A program made the position numbers and the translations under genes. The notes under the pieces were generated by a model, which worked only from the letters and a program-made list of their open reading frames with translations, did not search any database and was not told the origin of the DNA. A stretch of DNA of 64,000 nucleotides from Octopus bimaculoides (taxonomy: Eukaryota): positions 88,822,040 to 88,886,039 of the forward strand of contig NC_068981.1 in assembly GCF_001194135.2 (NCBI RefSeq). The letters are read 5' to 3'. This document shows positions 12,810 to 25,659 of the stretch, one piece after another; the stretch's first letter is position 1, and each line of letters begins with the position of its first letter.

Positions 12810-12842
12810 GTATTAAGGTTCTCTCAGTTGAAATCATTTTAA
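12810..12842 (+). CDS. Possible terminal coding exon (VLRFSQLKSF*) in phase with 10401-10448
   Basis: Strong acceptor CTGATTTCACATTTCTTCTTCAACAG|G followed by 10 codons and TAA. Purely predictive. Confidence 0.15.
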   Translation, partial: VLRFSQLKSF

Positions 12843-13044
12843 TAATATCATTGTGGTTTTCCATTCCTCTTTTTTTCCTCAGCATTCCTTCAATTCGCTT
12901 TTATTATATATTCTTCTTGTCTTCCTTTCCATAGATTCCACTTCGTATATTTTACATTTCTTTTTTCCTACATTCTTTAGTATGTTTCAATTTAGAATGA
13001 TTATTTTAAACAATGTTTTGTTATAGACGTGTTTCTTTTTTGCA

Positions 13045-13086
<42 letters not shown>

Positions 13087-13385
13087 AANNNNNNNNNNNN
13101 NNNNNNNNNNNNNNNNNNNNNNNNNNNNNNNNNNNNNNNNNNNNNNNNNNNNNNNNNNNNNNNNNNNNNNNNNNNNNNNNNNNNNNNNNNNNNNNNNNNN
13201 NNNNNNNNNNNNNNNNNNNNNNNNNNNNNNNNNNNNNNNNNNNNNNNNNNNNNNNNNNNNNNNNNNNNNNNNNNNNNNNNNNNNNNNNNNNNNNNNNNNN
13301 NNNNNNNNNNNNNNNNNNNNNNNNNNNNNNNNNNNNNNNNNNNNNNNNNNNNNNNNNNNNNNNNNNNNNNNNNNNNTATTGTTAA

Positions 13386-14018
13386 GGCGGCGAGCTGGCA
13401 GAAACGTTACCACGCCGGGCGAAATGCTTAGCGGTATTTCGTCTGCCGTTACGTTCTGAGTTCAAATTCCGCCGAGGTCGACTTTGCCTTTCATCCTTTC
13501 GGGGTCGATAAATTAAGTACCAGTTACGCACTGGGGTCGATGTAATCGACTTAATCCCTTTGTCTGTTCTTGTTTGTTCCCTCTATGTTTAGCCCCTTGT
13601 GGGCAATAACGAAATAGGTATTTCGCCCGTCGCTACATTCTGAGTTCAAATTCTACCGAGATTGACTTCTTCACCTTTCATCCTTGCGGGATCGATAAAT
13701 TAAGTACCAGTGAAACACTGGGGTCAATGTAATCGACACATCTCCTCCCCACAAAATTCAGGCCTTGTACCTTTAGTGGAAAAGATTATCATTATTAATA
13801 AAGGCGGCGAGTAAACCTGTATCATTAGTACGCCGGACAAAATGCTTAGCGGCATTTCGTCCGTCTTTACGTTGGGAGTACAAATTCCGCCGAAGTCCAC
13901 TTTGCCTTTTATCCTTTCGGGGTCGATAAATTAAGTACCAGTTGAGTAGTGGTGTCGACGCAATCGACTACTCCCCTCCCCCAAATTTCAGGCCTTGTGC
14001 CTATAGTATAAAAGATTA
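13386..14018 (+). mobile_element. Head-to-tail array of three SINE family A units (about 13386-13615, 13616-13792, 13803-14018)
   Basis: Three successive CATCCTT(T/G)CGGG(G/A)TCGATAAATTAAGTACCAG cores and GGCGGCGAG heads at 13386 and 13803. Unit 1 looks the least diverged. Confidence 0.85.
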
Positions 14019-14041
14019 TTATTATTATTATTATTATTATT

Positions 14042-14172
14042 GAGTGAGAGAGCAAAGCATGTCAGCAAAGTGATACTGGGGTAAAATATACGAAGCCCAT
14101 TATACCCATCATGACTACCCGTCTGATAAGGGTACACCAGGCACATTCATCACAACCATATGTGCGTGACAT
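14042..14172 (-). mobile_element. Short retroelement-like 3' fragment embedded in (ATT)n/(AAT)n
   Basis: About 130 bp of complex sequence with long (ATT)n on both sides. On the minus strand it ends CTCTCTCACTC-(AAT)n like a tail. Family not identified. Confidence 0.4.
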
Positions 14173-14182
14173 ATTATTATTA

Positions 14183-14254
<72 letters not shown>

Positions 14255-14544
14255 CACTATTTAGTCATTCATATAAAGAGGTGCAGGAATTTGCGGAGCG
14301 CCAGATTGAATTCCAGTTCCTTAGCAGTGTTTTCAGACTTGTTTCTCGTGGTCCTCAATGCAGTTGTGCATTTTACTTTCAGCCCTCCCCGGTGTTAACA
14401 AACCGACCTAACAGCAGTCATGTGGGTCGTCTACAGACCCTTCAATCAGCTAATCACCGTATTTAACTCCAACGAAATTCTTCTGACATTTTGCCTGTTA
14501 CAAAAATCATTATACCACTCTTTCATAGTTTCATTCATTCATAC

Positions 14545-14559
14545 TTTCTTTACCTCTCC

Positions 14560-14614
<55 letters not shown>

Positions 14615-14865
14615 TATTTCTTTCTTTCTTTCTTTTTTCTTTCTTTCTCTCTTTTTCTTTGCTAAATTGTTTTATTCTTCCAATAATTCATTTTTTCTTT
14701 CTGTTTCATTCGTTCGTTCGTTCGTTCGTTCCTTCACTACATTCATCGCTTTATTCTTTCGTCTATTCTTTCTTTCTTTTTTCTTTCTGTCTTCCCTTTT
14801 CTTTCTTTCTTTCTTTCTTTTTTTCTTTCTTTCTTTCTTTCTGTCTTTCTTCCTTTCTTCTTTCT

Positions 14866-14935
<70 letters not shown>

Positions 14936-15051
14936 TTCCTTCCTTTTCTCTTACATTGTTCCATTCTTTCAAAAAATCGTTCTTTCTCTCTGATTCGTTC
15001 GTTCGTTCCTTCTTTCCATCACTACATTCATCGTTTTATTCTTTCATCTAT

Positions 15052-15085
<34 letters not shown>

Positions 15086-15090
15086 TTTCT
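14545..15090. repeat. (TTTC)n polypyrimidine tract with an internal ~60-bp direct duplication
   Basis: TCGTTCGTTCC...CACTACATTCATCG(C/T)TTTATTCTTTC(G/A)TCTATTC occurs near 14715 and 14996. Confidence 0.85.
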
Positions 15091-15447
15091 TTCATTTCAA
15101 ATGAAATCGATAGTTAAGTTTTCCCTCTTTCCAATTTATTTTTTCTTTGATTACATTCTTTAATCTTAAAATATTTTTCTTTTTTCATTCTTACATTTTG
15201 CTCGTTCCACCCCTTTCATTCACACATTCCTTTCTTGAATTATTCATCCGGTCTTTCAGTAATTCCATACCAGATCTTTTTTTATTGTTTTTTAATAATT
15301 TTTTTTCCTTCTTACTTCACACTTTGCTTATATCATCTGTCCAACCTTCCCTCTTCTTTTTTGCTTCGTTCTTTTATCCTTTCACTTGTATATTCCTACC
15401 TTCCTACCTTGCCGTTTTCACTTTATACCATGTTCTTTTCACATACA

Positions 15448-15497
<50 letters not shown>

Positions 15498-15617
15498 TAT
15501 ATATATATATGTATGTCTTTCTTATTCCATATATATTATATATGTGTGTGTGTGTATGTGTGTGTGTATATATATATGTATTTATATGCTTATTTATATA
15601 CACACATACATATGTAG

Positions 15618-15663
<46 letters not shown>

Positions 15664-16689
15664 ACACATTCTGTATTTCATTCCCGCGCATTTTCTCACC
15701 TTCTGTCATTTATTCATTTTTCATTGTTTTCTGTTTTTTCTTTTTCATTCAATCTTCACTTTTTCCCTCCACGTTTTTGGTTTTACTATTTCTTGATGTC
15801 TTTACGTCTTTTATTTTGTTAAACATTTTCTTATTACTTCTCTTCTTTTCTCATATTTCTTCCAATTTAGTTTTCTTTCTGCCTGTCGCTGTCTTTCCTT
15901 CATTTTTCTGGTATTATTATTTTTGTTCTTGTTATTATTATTATTATTGTATTTTCTATAACTATTAATCTCTTCGTTTCTCTTAAATTCAAACTGCAGT
16001 CCTTATCGCCACCAAGCATCCTATCTTTCTAACTTCTATTCATTTTCAGACTATCACTTACTCTTTGGCTCTTCCTGCCACTCTTTTACTTCTGTTCTCC
16101 CTCCCACTTCCACTCTCACCGTCGTTCTTATTCTCTCCCTCTCCCTCTCCCTCTCTTCCATAGGCTTTACGTAATTCTTCTAATTCTTTTATCACATATA
16201 CATAACTCTCTCTTTCTATCTCTATCGGGCTGTGTTTCAGACTCTCATTTTCTGTCTGTCTCTCTGCCTGCCTGTCCGCCTGTCCGCCTGTCTCTCTATC
16301 CTTCTCTTTCTTTCTCTCTCTCTCTTCCTCTCTCTCTCTCTCTCTCTATCTTTATATATTTCACATATTCTTCTGCATATCCTTTCTGTTTATTTTCCCC
16401 TCTCTTTCCTTAAGCTTTGTCCCCTCCTTCATTCTTTCTTTTTATACAAATTCATTTAACTTCGGTTTCGTTTACTTTTCTATGTCGTTTTTGTGGACTT
16501 ATGCCGACGGCATGAAGTATTCTTGGCATAAGCACATGTTATGTCGTTTCCATTTCTATCCATGTTATGAGTTCTCTTTTGGGGGGAAAAAACCCCCAAA
16601 AAACAAAAAAGGATCCAACAAACAAAAAAATACCAAAACTTCTGAGTTTATTCCAAGCAATACATTCATACATAGATACATAGATACAT

Positions 16690-16850
<161 letters not shown>

Positions 16851-17715
16851 TACTCACGCATGCACACACGCGCGCACTGATTTGTGTATACATATGTATT
16901 TATATGTACATATATATTTATATATTCAAATATATATACATATATATATGTGTATATATATTTGCATATTTGCATATATACACATACACACACATACATA
17001 TACAAAGTGGGTGCGTGTATGTATATATAATATGTATGTGCGTGTACCCTATATCTACGTACATATATATTTTTTCTTTATCTATCTATCTATTTATCAA
17101 TCTATCTATCTATATTTTTACCTGTCTCTTTCTCTCTCTGTATACGTATACAAATTGCTTTTAATTATATTATAGTTGACATGAAATTTTGAACCACTTT
17201 GCATTCTGCAGCTGGCTTTATTCATTGGATTGCTCTAATACTAGGTTACCACTTTCCAATTTTTTTTTATTCAGTCTTAATGATTCCAGAACAGATACTA
17301 TTTTAAGTGTCTGTAACAATGTTTCTTTCAAATATTTTGGTCAAACAATATTTTGAATTTGCAAAATCGTCGAGGTCCCCTAAATAAATCAATTTTCTCT
17401 TACCTTTCTTTCACTTGTATTAATATCCTCTATTGAACATAGATGTGAAAGTTCAATTTTAGTTAAAGATGAGTCTCAAGGACGCGTCCTCGTCATTGAT
17501 AAACATTCCAGTATTTACCAAAGAACTAACTTTTTGAAGAAAACATTGACAAATATAGGTATACATTTTCTGACATACATTTTTTTTCTTTATATCTAAA
17601 TGTTGAGTCGTTTCTCTCTGTCTCTCTGTCTCTCTGTCTTTCTCTCTATCTATCTATCTTTTTAGCATACATGCACACATGTATATATAATAAATGTATA
17701 TATACAAATAGAAAA

Positions 17716-17746
<31 letters not shown>

Positions 17747-18381
17747 GCCAGCTACCTAGTGCACACGTGTATATATATACATAAACATACATATTCATAT
17801 ATATATATGTATATATATANNNNNNNNNNNNNNNNNNNNNNNNNNNNNNNNNNNNNNNNNNNNNNNNNNNNNNNNNNNNNNNNNNNNNNNNNNNNNNNNN
17901 NNNNNNNNNNNNNNNNNNNNNNNNNNNNNNNNNNNNNNNNNNNNNNNNNNNNNNNNNNNNNNNNNNNNNNNNNNNNNNNNNNNNNNNNNNNNNNNNNNNN
18001 NNNNNNNNNNNNNNNNNNNNNNNNNNNNNNNNNNNNNNNNNNNNNNNNNNNNNNNNNNNNNNNNNNNNNNNNNNNNNNNNNNNNNNNNNNNNNNNNNNNN
18101 NNNNNNNNNNNNNNNNNNNNNNNNNNNNNNNNNNNNNNNNNNNNNNNNNNNNNNNNNNNNNNNNNNNNNNNNNNNNNNNNNNNNNNNNNNNNNNNNNNNN
18201 NNNNNNNNNNNNNNNNNNNNNNNNNNNNNNNNNNNNNNNNNNNNNNNNNNNNNNNNNNNNNNNNNNNNNNNNNNNNNNNNNNNNNNNNNNNNNNNNNNNN
18301 NNNNNNNNNNNNNNNNNNNNNNNNNNNNNNNNNNNNNNNNNNNNNNNNNNNNNNNNNNNNNNNNNNNNNNNNATATATATA

Positions 18382-19915
18382 TTAGCGTGATGCAAAATAA
18401 CTTATCATTTCAAAAACTTGAAGATACCCCTAATTTTATTTAATTTACTGCAAAACCTCAACAAGCAAAATTTCAGCGCATTTGAAGACATTTTAGAGGT
18501 TGCTAACACAAACTGAACATTTTGTATATTGTTATTTTTCAATTTGTATTTATTGTACATTTTCTGTCTCCTTGCTACCTTCTACTGGCTCTGACATACA
18601 ACTGTTTAAGAGATTGAAAGCAAAGTGTGTGGAAACTGAGAAGAACAATTACCAAACAGCAACAGATGCCCCTAACATTTCAAGGAAAATCTCAGATGCT
18701 GAAGGAATAATTCAATTTGCTCAAGCTCAGTTTTATGAACAGCAGCCTCGTGATAACTACAAGGAATTGCACGAGCTAACGCTCATTTTCTTCGGTAGTA
18801 CTCCCAATTCAGGAATCAGTTTTAAAGCACCTGGAGCTTATCACAAAGGGCGATGGATGGCCAAGCTAATTTACTGCATTAAAATTTGGATGTTTAAATC
18901 TCAGTTTAATCTAACTGAGAGAAAGAGAGGGAAAAGGACTGAAAGATGTTTGCTGCTTTTCAGCTGCGATATACATCATATCGTGGTACCTGGCATCCAT
19001 ACGCTCATGTGCACCCCCCGTTCAGATTTGCATTTTGTACAAAGTCTGCAGTTCTATAAGCAAAAGGATGACAAAATTTCAAGCGCTGTACTTAATAAGT
19101 TTTTGAGACATTTGTGGTATCTCTCTGAGGGACTTGTGGCGCTTGCATTTTTTGATTCAGCTGCTTCGCATGAGACAAAAAACAAAATTAAGTATGCTCT
19201 GCAGAAACCAGTTGATTCAAAACCGAGTAAACGAGCATCAATAAATTCTGAATCAGCAGGGCAGAAAGGAGTGCAGGATTTCGTTACTACCAGCACAAAA
19301 AGATGCTTTGAAATCTTAGAGGTGCCTTGCATTTTTCTTGAAAAAGATGCTGAAGAATGGAACGATGATGAAAGTTATGTGAATGCAAGAGATATCGCAT
19401 ATGGACTCAAAGAGGTAAACGACATTGTAGAAAGAGGTGTACGACCAATGGAGGAATACAACAAAAACAATACTGTCTTTAAATTGTTAAAAAATACAGG
19501 TCGTCACTCTCAAACACAAACAAGGAAACATTACTCTTGCTTCACAAAAAACAAAAATAAACTTTACATACGTGGTTATGATATGCCTACAAGGGAAAAT
19601 TCCACGAAAAATAGTTAACGCGCGCTATACGCCGGACCTCACTACGTACTATAGCCTAGAATGTCATCAATGTTTTTCAAACTAGGTTAACTAGGTAAAT
19701 ATGAAACCAGTTCCGGTGAAAATGTCAACAAAACAATATTTTTGAGCACATACTGATATACATTTATATTTAAAGCTTGGCAGCAACCGCTTATTTTCTC
19801 TTTTTCAACCCCAAATTTCGCATACAGTGCTTTCTGAGGAATATGAATAAAATAGGAGAGTGTCTCGCTGAAAGTTGAAAAAAGAAATTTTTGACACCTT
19901 TTTGCATGACCCCAA
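18382..19915 (+). mobile_element. Internally deleted hAT-superfamily (hATm-like) DNA transposon with TIRs
   Basis: Left end TTAGCGTGATGCAAAA (18382-18397) versus reverse complement of right end TTGGGGTCATGCAAAA (19900-19915), 13/16 identical. Flanks TATATATA and TATATATC fit an 8-bp TSD. Encloses a transposase remnant. Confidence 0.7.
18590..19560 (+). pseudogene. C-terminal part of a hAT-like transposase, pseudogenised
   Basis: Motifs QPRDNYKEL, PGAYHKGRWMAKLIYCIK, HLWYLSEGLVALAFFD, VNDIVERGV. Two compensating frameshifts near 18920 and 19015, and an out-of-frame C-terminus containing a stop. Confidence 0.7.
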
Positions 19916-21056
19916 TATATATCATATATACTCGTATGTATATATGTATATACTATACATATATCGATATTTATCATGTATATATATTATATGCATATAT
20001 ATCATATATTTATATANNNNNNNNNNNNNNNNNNNNNNNNNNNNNNNNNNNNNNNNNNNNNNNNNNNNNNNNNNNNNNNNNNNNNNNNNNNNNNNNNNNN
20101 NNNNNNNNNNNNNNNNNNNNNNNNNNNNNNNNNNNNNNNNNNNNNNNNNNNNNNNNNNNNNNNNNNNNNNNNNNNNNNNNNNNNNNNNNNNNNNNNNNNN
20201 NNNNNNNNNNNNNNNNNNNNNNNNNNNNNNNNNNNNNNNNNNNNNNNNNNNNNNNNNNNNNNNNNNNNNNNNNNNNNNNNNNNNNNNNNNNNNNNNNNNN
20301 NNNNNNNNNNNNNNNNNNNNNNNNNNNNNNNNNNNNNNNNNNNNNNNNNNNNNNNNNNNNNNNNNNNNNNNNNNNNNNNNNNNNNNNNNNNNNNNNNNNN
20401 NNNNNNNNNNNNNNNNNNNNNNNNNNNNNNNNNNNNNNNNNNNNNNNNNNNNNNNNNNNNNNNNNNNNNNNNNNNNNNNNNNNNNNNNNNNNNNNNNNNN
20501 TAGAGATAACTGCCAAACTTTCTCACAAACCACACCGTTCCGACTTGAAAAATAGATGGACCAGGTTTGGTAATTCTGTTCCCTAGATGTAATTTGTCTA
20601 TTTCTAAATAGGAAAAGCAAGTGATCATAGATCACAAGTCTACTCGACAAAACTCTCAAACTGCAACCCTCTACATCTATATCTACTCTTATAACGTATA
20701 TAATACACGTTGATCGTTAACCCGCTGGCCGGCTGTGATAGAACAGATCAGTGGTCTTCAACCACTCTTTGCTTGTGGGCCCCTTTGATTTCTATTTTAT
20801 TTGATGTACCTTAATAAACATTCGATGTTTAAAAAGCCCCATTATATTTTTATAATAAAATCTTAGTGTTAATGCATCTGTCACTGAGTGATTTTATGTC
20901 TCAGTGTATGTGTGTCTTTGTATATGTTTGTGTGCTTATGTGTGTGTATATCCACTTTTTATAATGAGAGAACAGTTTACAGCTTATATTCTGTTACATA
21001 ATTTTTACAAATGTGTATGCATATATAGTAAATAGATATATATATATACATATATA

Positions 21057-21105
<49 letters not shown>

Positions 21106-21297
21106 TATACTCGGATATTATAGTTATATATGTATAAGTGTAAATATATATATGTCTGNNNNNNNNNNNNNNNNNNNNNNNNNNNNNNNNNNNNNNNNNN
21201 NNNNNNNNNNNNNNNNNNNNNNNNNNNNNNNNNNNNNNNNNNNNNNNNNNNNNNATATATATATATATACTCAAGCACATTTCTGTCTATGTCTATG

Positions 21298-21370
<73 letters not shown>

Positions 21371-22164
21371 ATATCTATCTATCTGTCTGTCTGTTTATCT
21401 ATCTATATGCTCTTTAAGTATTAATGTTTGTTTTTTAATTGCCTTTCGACAAATACAGATTGATAAGTATCAGACTTAGATATGCACTGCAATCTATGTG
21501 ATTTATTTAATACACAAAAACATTGCCTTAGGATGGGCGCACTTCTAAGACTAGTGAAACAAATGTAAAATAACAACGTAAAGTAAACAGACACATAAAT
21601 TGATATATGTTAGTATTATATATATATATATATNNNNNNNNNNNNNNNNNNNNNNNNNNNNNNNNNNNNNNNNNNNNNNNNNNNNNNNNNNNNNNNNNNN
21701 NNNNNNNNNNNNNNNNNNNNNNNNNNNNNNNNNNNNNNNNNNNNNNNNNNNNNNNNNNNNNNNNNNNNNNNNNNNNNNNNNNNNNNNNNNNNNNNNNNNN
21801 NNNNNNNNNNNNNNNNNNNNNNNNNNNNNNNNNNNNNNNNNNNNNNNNNNNNNNNNNNNNNNNNNNNNNNNNNNNNNNNNNNNNNNNNNNNNNNNNNNNN
21901 NNNNNNNNNNNNNNNNNNNNNNNNNNNNNNNNNNNNNNNNNNNNNNNNNNNNNNNNNNNNNNNNNNNNNNATATATATATATATACATGTAGAATCTAAA
22001 GATGTGAATCTCTGTTATTATTATAGTGTTTTTTTTTCGCTACCACTATATGTTTACAGCTATTGGAAGTAAATGATTTCATGTGAAATGTTGCACAACA
22101 TTTTCGGTTGATTACATTGGAGTGGCACTTCATGAAACTTGCATGAAAAGGATGCATTTTCGTA

Positions 22165-22715
22165 CGAGGGCCGGCTGAAAAGTTCATAATCTGACCAAGA
22201 TACTCTCATAGAATGTGACTAACTGAGGTTTATTTTTGAATATAGTTCCCACACACTTCCATTGGTGTTGTTGCAGTGCTTGCGTACCATCGGTGAAGAA
22301 TCTTTCATCCTGTTGGGCAAAAGAAGTTATCAACAGCATATATGACGTCATCATCATTGCGATACTGGCTCCCATCTTAGTGTTTTCTCGTGTTTGGGAA
22401 CAAATGTAGTCAGATGGAGCCAGGTCAGGAGAATAGGTGGGGGGGGGGATCATCAACGAGTTCAAAGTCACAGTCACGCACAGGAACAATTGAAACGAAG
22501 GACTTGTGTGTTGGAGCATTGTCCTGATGAATTTCCTGGCCGTTTGGTCTTTGTAGCCTTTTGTAACTGCCTCAGCAAGATGGCATAGTACTATCCCTTG
22601 ATGGTGTGGTCCTTTTGAAAATAGTCAATAAACACAACACCTTTTGCACCCCAAAAATCTGAGGCCTTCACAGCAGTTGAAACAACCTTGGCCTTCTTTG
22701 GTACAGGTAAAAAGG
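22165..22715 (-). mobile_element. Mariner transposon 3' fragment with TIR
   Basis: Translates PTYSPDLAPSDY (mariner YSPDLAP motif). TA followed by CGAGGGCCGGCTGAAAAGTTC terminus at 22163-22185. Confidence 0.85.
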
Positions 22716-22724
22716 TGTGTCGCA

Positions 22725-23085
22725 CCACCATGAAAGGTTTAGTTGATTAAATCGACCCCAGTACTTACTCTATTGGTACTTATTATATTGGTTATATTTG
22801 CCGAACCCCTAAGTTACAAGGACATAAACAAACGAACACTAGTTGTCAAGCGGTGGTTGGAGACTAACACAAAACAGACACACGCATATTAATATATGCG
22901 TATACATAAATACATACATACATATACACATATACGCACACACACATATATATGTATATATACGACAGGCTTCTTTTAGTTTCCGCCAACCAAGTCCACT
23001 CAGAAGGTTTTGGTCGACCAGGATCTATAATAGAAGACACTTGCCGAAGGTCCCACTTGAAACAATGTGCAAGGATATTACATGA
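22725..23085 (-). mobile_element. SINE family B, decayed
   Basis: ATCGACCCCAGTAC...GTTGTCAAGCGGTGG...GACAGGCTTCTTTTAGTTTCCG...GAAGACACTTGCCGAAGG, the reverse complement of family B. Confidence 0.7.
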
Positions 23086-23838
23086 ATATCATGATCTGAG
23101 AAAAATCACCAAACTTATGGTGCAAATGGTAGTTACTGTAATTAGTCTCTTATAGCTTTGAAATCTAGAGAAATTACAGGTGACATCTCTATAAGCTTGA
23201 AATAACTTGCAGAGAGCTCTCAGAAAAATCACACAATTACCTCGTTAGGTCAGACAAACTAATTTCAGTGGAATAATAGCTACGATGGCTTGGCCGGTTT
23301 TGACTGTTAATATCCAGGTATTCGATTAATAGAACTCCTGCACGTTGAATTAGCATGTGACTGACCATGTTTCACTGATCCATGTACTCTTAACGTAATT
23401 CTTGAGCGAATTCAGCGCGAGGAAGAGTGACAAAGTTAGACATTTAAATTTCTTGTACAATCCATGATGCAAGATAAAAAAAATTAAATAGAGGAAAAAA
23501 AAATCACTTGCCTCAGATGATACGCGGTGGATACATACATACGACTGCATGATTGCGTAGCGATCTTCTTAGCCATTGGGCCATGCGGCGTCCACATATG
23601 CATGCACATACCTACATAGACATACGCAAACGTACAAACACGCGTGCGCACTTACACACCGCTACTTCCACATAAACAAATTTGATCAAAATTTTACGTT
23701 TGCTGACGGCATCAAACATTTTACTTTGTATCTATTTTCTCTCTGATATTTTTAATGTTTTTGATTCTCTAATGCATTATGTATGTATGTATGTATGTAT
23801 GTATGTATGTATGTATGTATGTATGTATGTTTGTATGT

Positions 23839-24247
23839 AAGGAGGGATGTCAGGAAGGGCATTGTTGTTGCACTTCCAGATGCTAAGGGTTTTCCTATGA
23901 CACTGACATGCAGTGTCTGTGTAAGACCGTGCCTCATGAGTCATCTTCGTAGTCATAAAGCAAGACCGATGATTGACTACCAGGCCGCTGGTGATGATGC
24001 TACACACCATACTAATCATGTCTGTCGGGCATGTGGAAGGAAGTGTGATTTAGCAGGAGGACTTAAACGACACGCAAAGGAACATGGGGCCCAATTACAA
24101 CAACAGCCAGCTATTGCCAGTAAAGGTTTTGGATGCCAACAAGACATTGTAGATCTTTGGCTGGACTAAAAAGTCACATTCGATCAGAGCACCGTTAAGT
24201 TAAGCTTCGTGCAATGGCCATAATCGAAAACGAGGGGGTAGCCATCA
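23839..24247 (+). mobile_element. RTE-clade LINE 3' fragment with C-terminal C2H2-like zinc fingers and (ATGT)n tail
   Basis: CSVCVRPCLMSHLRSH, CRACGRKCDLAGGLKRHAKEH, and a frameshifted third finger CRSLAGLKSHIRSEH*. Short 3' UTR ends CCATC-(ATGT)n. Confidence 0.7.
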
Positions 24248-24551
24248 TGTATGTACGTACATACGTATGTATGTATGCATGTATGTATGTGTGTATCTAG
24301 GTGAAGGTAAACTCATATAAAAAAAAGCTGAAGTGCAGTTCGTATGAGGTCGTCTCAACGTTTGTTGTGCCTGTTGCGATGAGAATTGAGTTTAGTAGTG
24401 TACTATACATTATCCGCTCAAAACAAATGGACTCAAAGTTACTTGTTGGACTCTCGGAAAGTTTGCACAGAGTTACTGAATTTAGGAAGTGTCTTACTCG
24501 CTTATTAGTTGACTCCCACCATGTACATATGTATGTATGTATATATGTATG

Positions 24552-24585
<34 letters not shown>

Positions 24586-25053
24586 TGTATGTATGTATGT
24601 AGGTGTACATACAAGCATGTATGTATATATGTAAGTATTTATGTATATGTGTATAGCCAACAGCTGCAAGGTAACTGAACGACAGAACCATTCCAGTGGC
24701 CATACGCTTTTAATTTTGCCATTTAATGTGATATATAGAAATATAAAACAAATAATATATCTAACTTCAAATTTAAAGATAGCACAGATTGTGACAGGAG
24801 TAATTTTGTTCCAGAACCTAGATGCGTTCTTGATTGTTCAAACAGCAAGAAGAGAGATTTGGTACTTGTCTAGGCAAAATGGCGTTTCATGTTTTATAAT
24901 ATAGATAATTTGCTTAGAACTGTGAAAGGTAATGACATTTGTGTCAAATAATGCATTAGACAACTTCATATGTAGCCAATGCTATATTTCGTATTCATTA
25001 TATAGATACAGACTCACAAGCGATGTATGTATGTATGTATGTATGTATGTATG

Positions 25054-25115
<62 letters not shown>

Positions 25116-25659
25116 AACAATAAATTAAATAGAGATTCAAATAACAATCCAATAATTTATTTATATTACAATATAACATAATATACTATGAATATAATAT
25201 TATATAACAAATTTTTATTTAAAAAACCAAATTAATATAGAACATTTTTTTATATCAATAACTTTAAAATAAATAGAAGAGTTATTATATATTAAAAATA
25301 TAATTATCATTTATATCATTTTACACGTTATATTATAGTTTCTAGATTAAGTAAGACTCTGCTACTTAATTATAAACATATATATTATTGTTGTATGTTA
25401 TCATAATAGCAAAAGATTGTCTTAGACATAAACGAGTTTAGATTGATATTATTTGAGATATATAGAAATACATTTCGATAGTTGTATATTCTACTTACTT
25501 AATTATTTTGACTGTTGTAATTTTGTTGTTTTTTTAATTTTTTAATGTAATTAATATGTAGTTGAATGGGTAACGCCAACGCTCATAATACCTAAACATT
25601 TGAATTAATTTATTTACAATCTAGCAATTCTTTCAAATGGAATTTCCTCTATCTACACA

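Noticed and set aside
14255-14500. Unique block with a protein-like reading (EVQEFAERQIEFQFL) as an exon
   Set aside because: No convincing splice donor and no recognisable homology.
18500-19618. 372-aa ORF as an intact host gene or active transposase
   Set aside because: It lies inside TIRs, starts at a non-ATG codon, lacks the N-terminal region and has internal frame switches.
23783-24169. Host C2H2 zinc-finger gene
   Set aside because: It begins in a microsatellite, has irregular finger spacing without TGEKP linkers, is frameshifted and ends in a retroelement-type tail.
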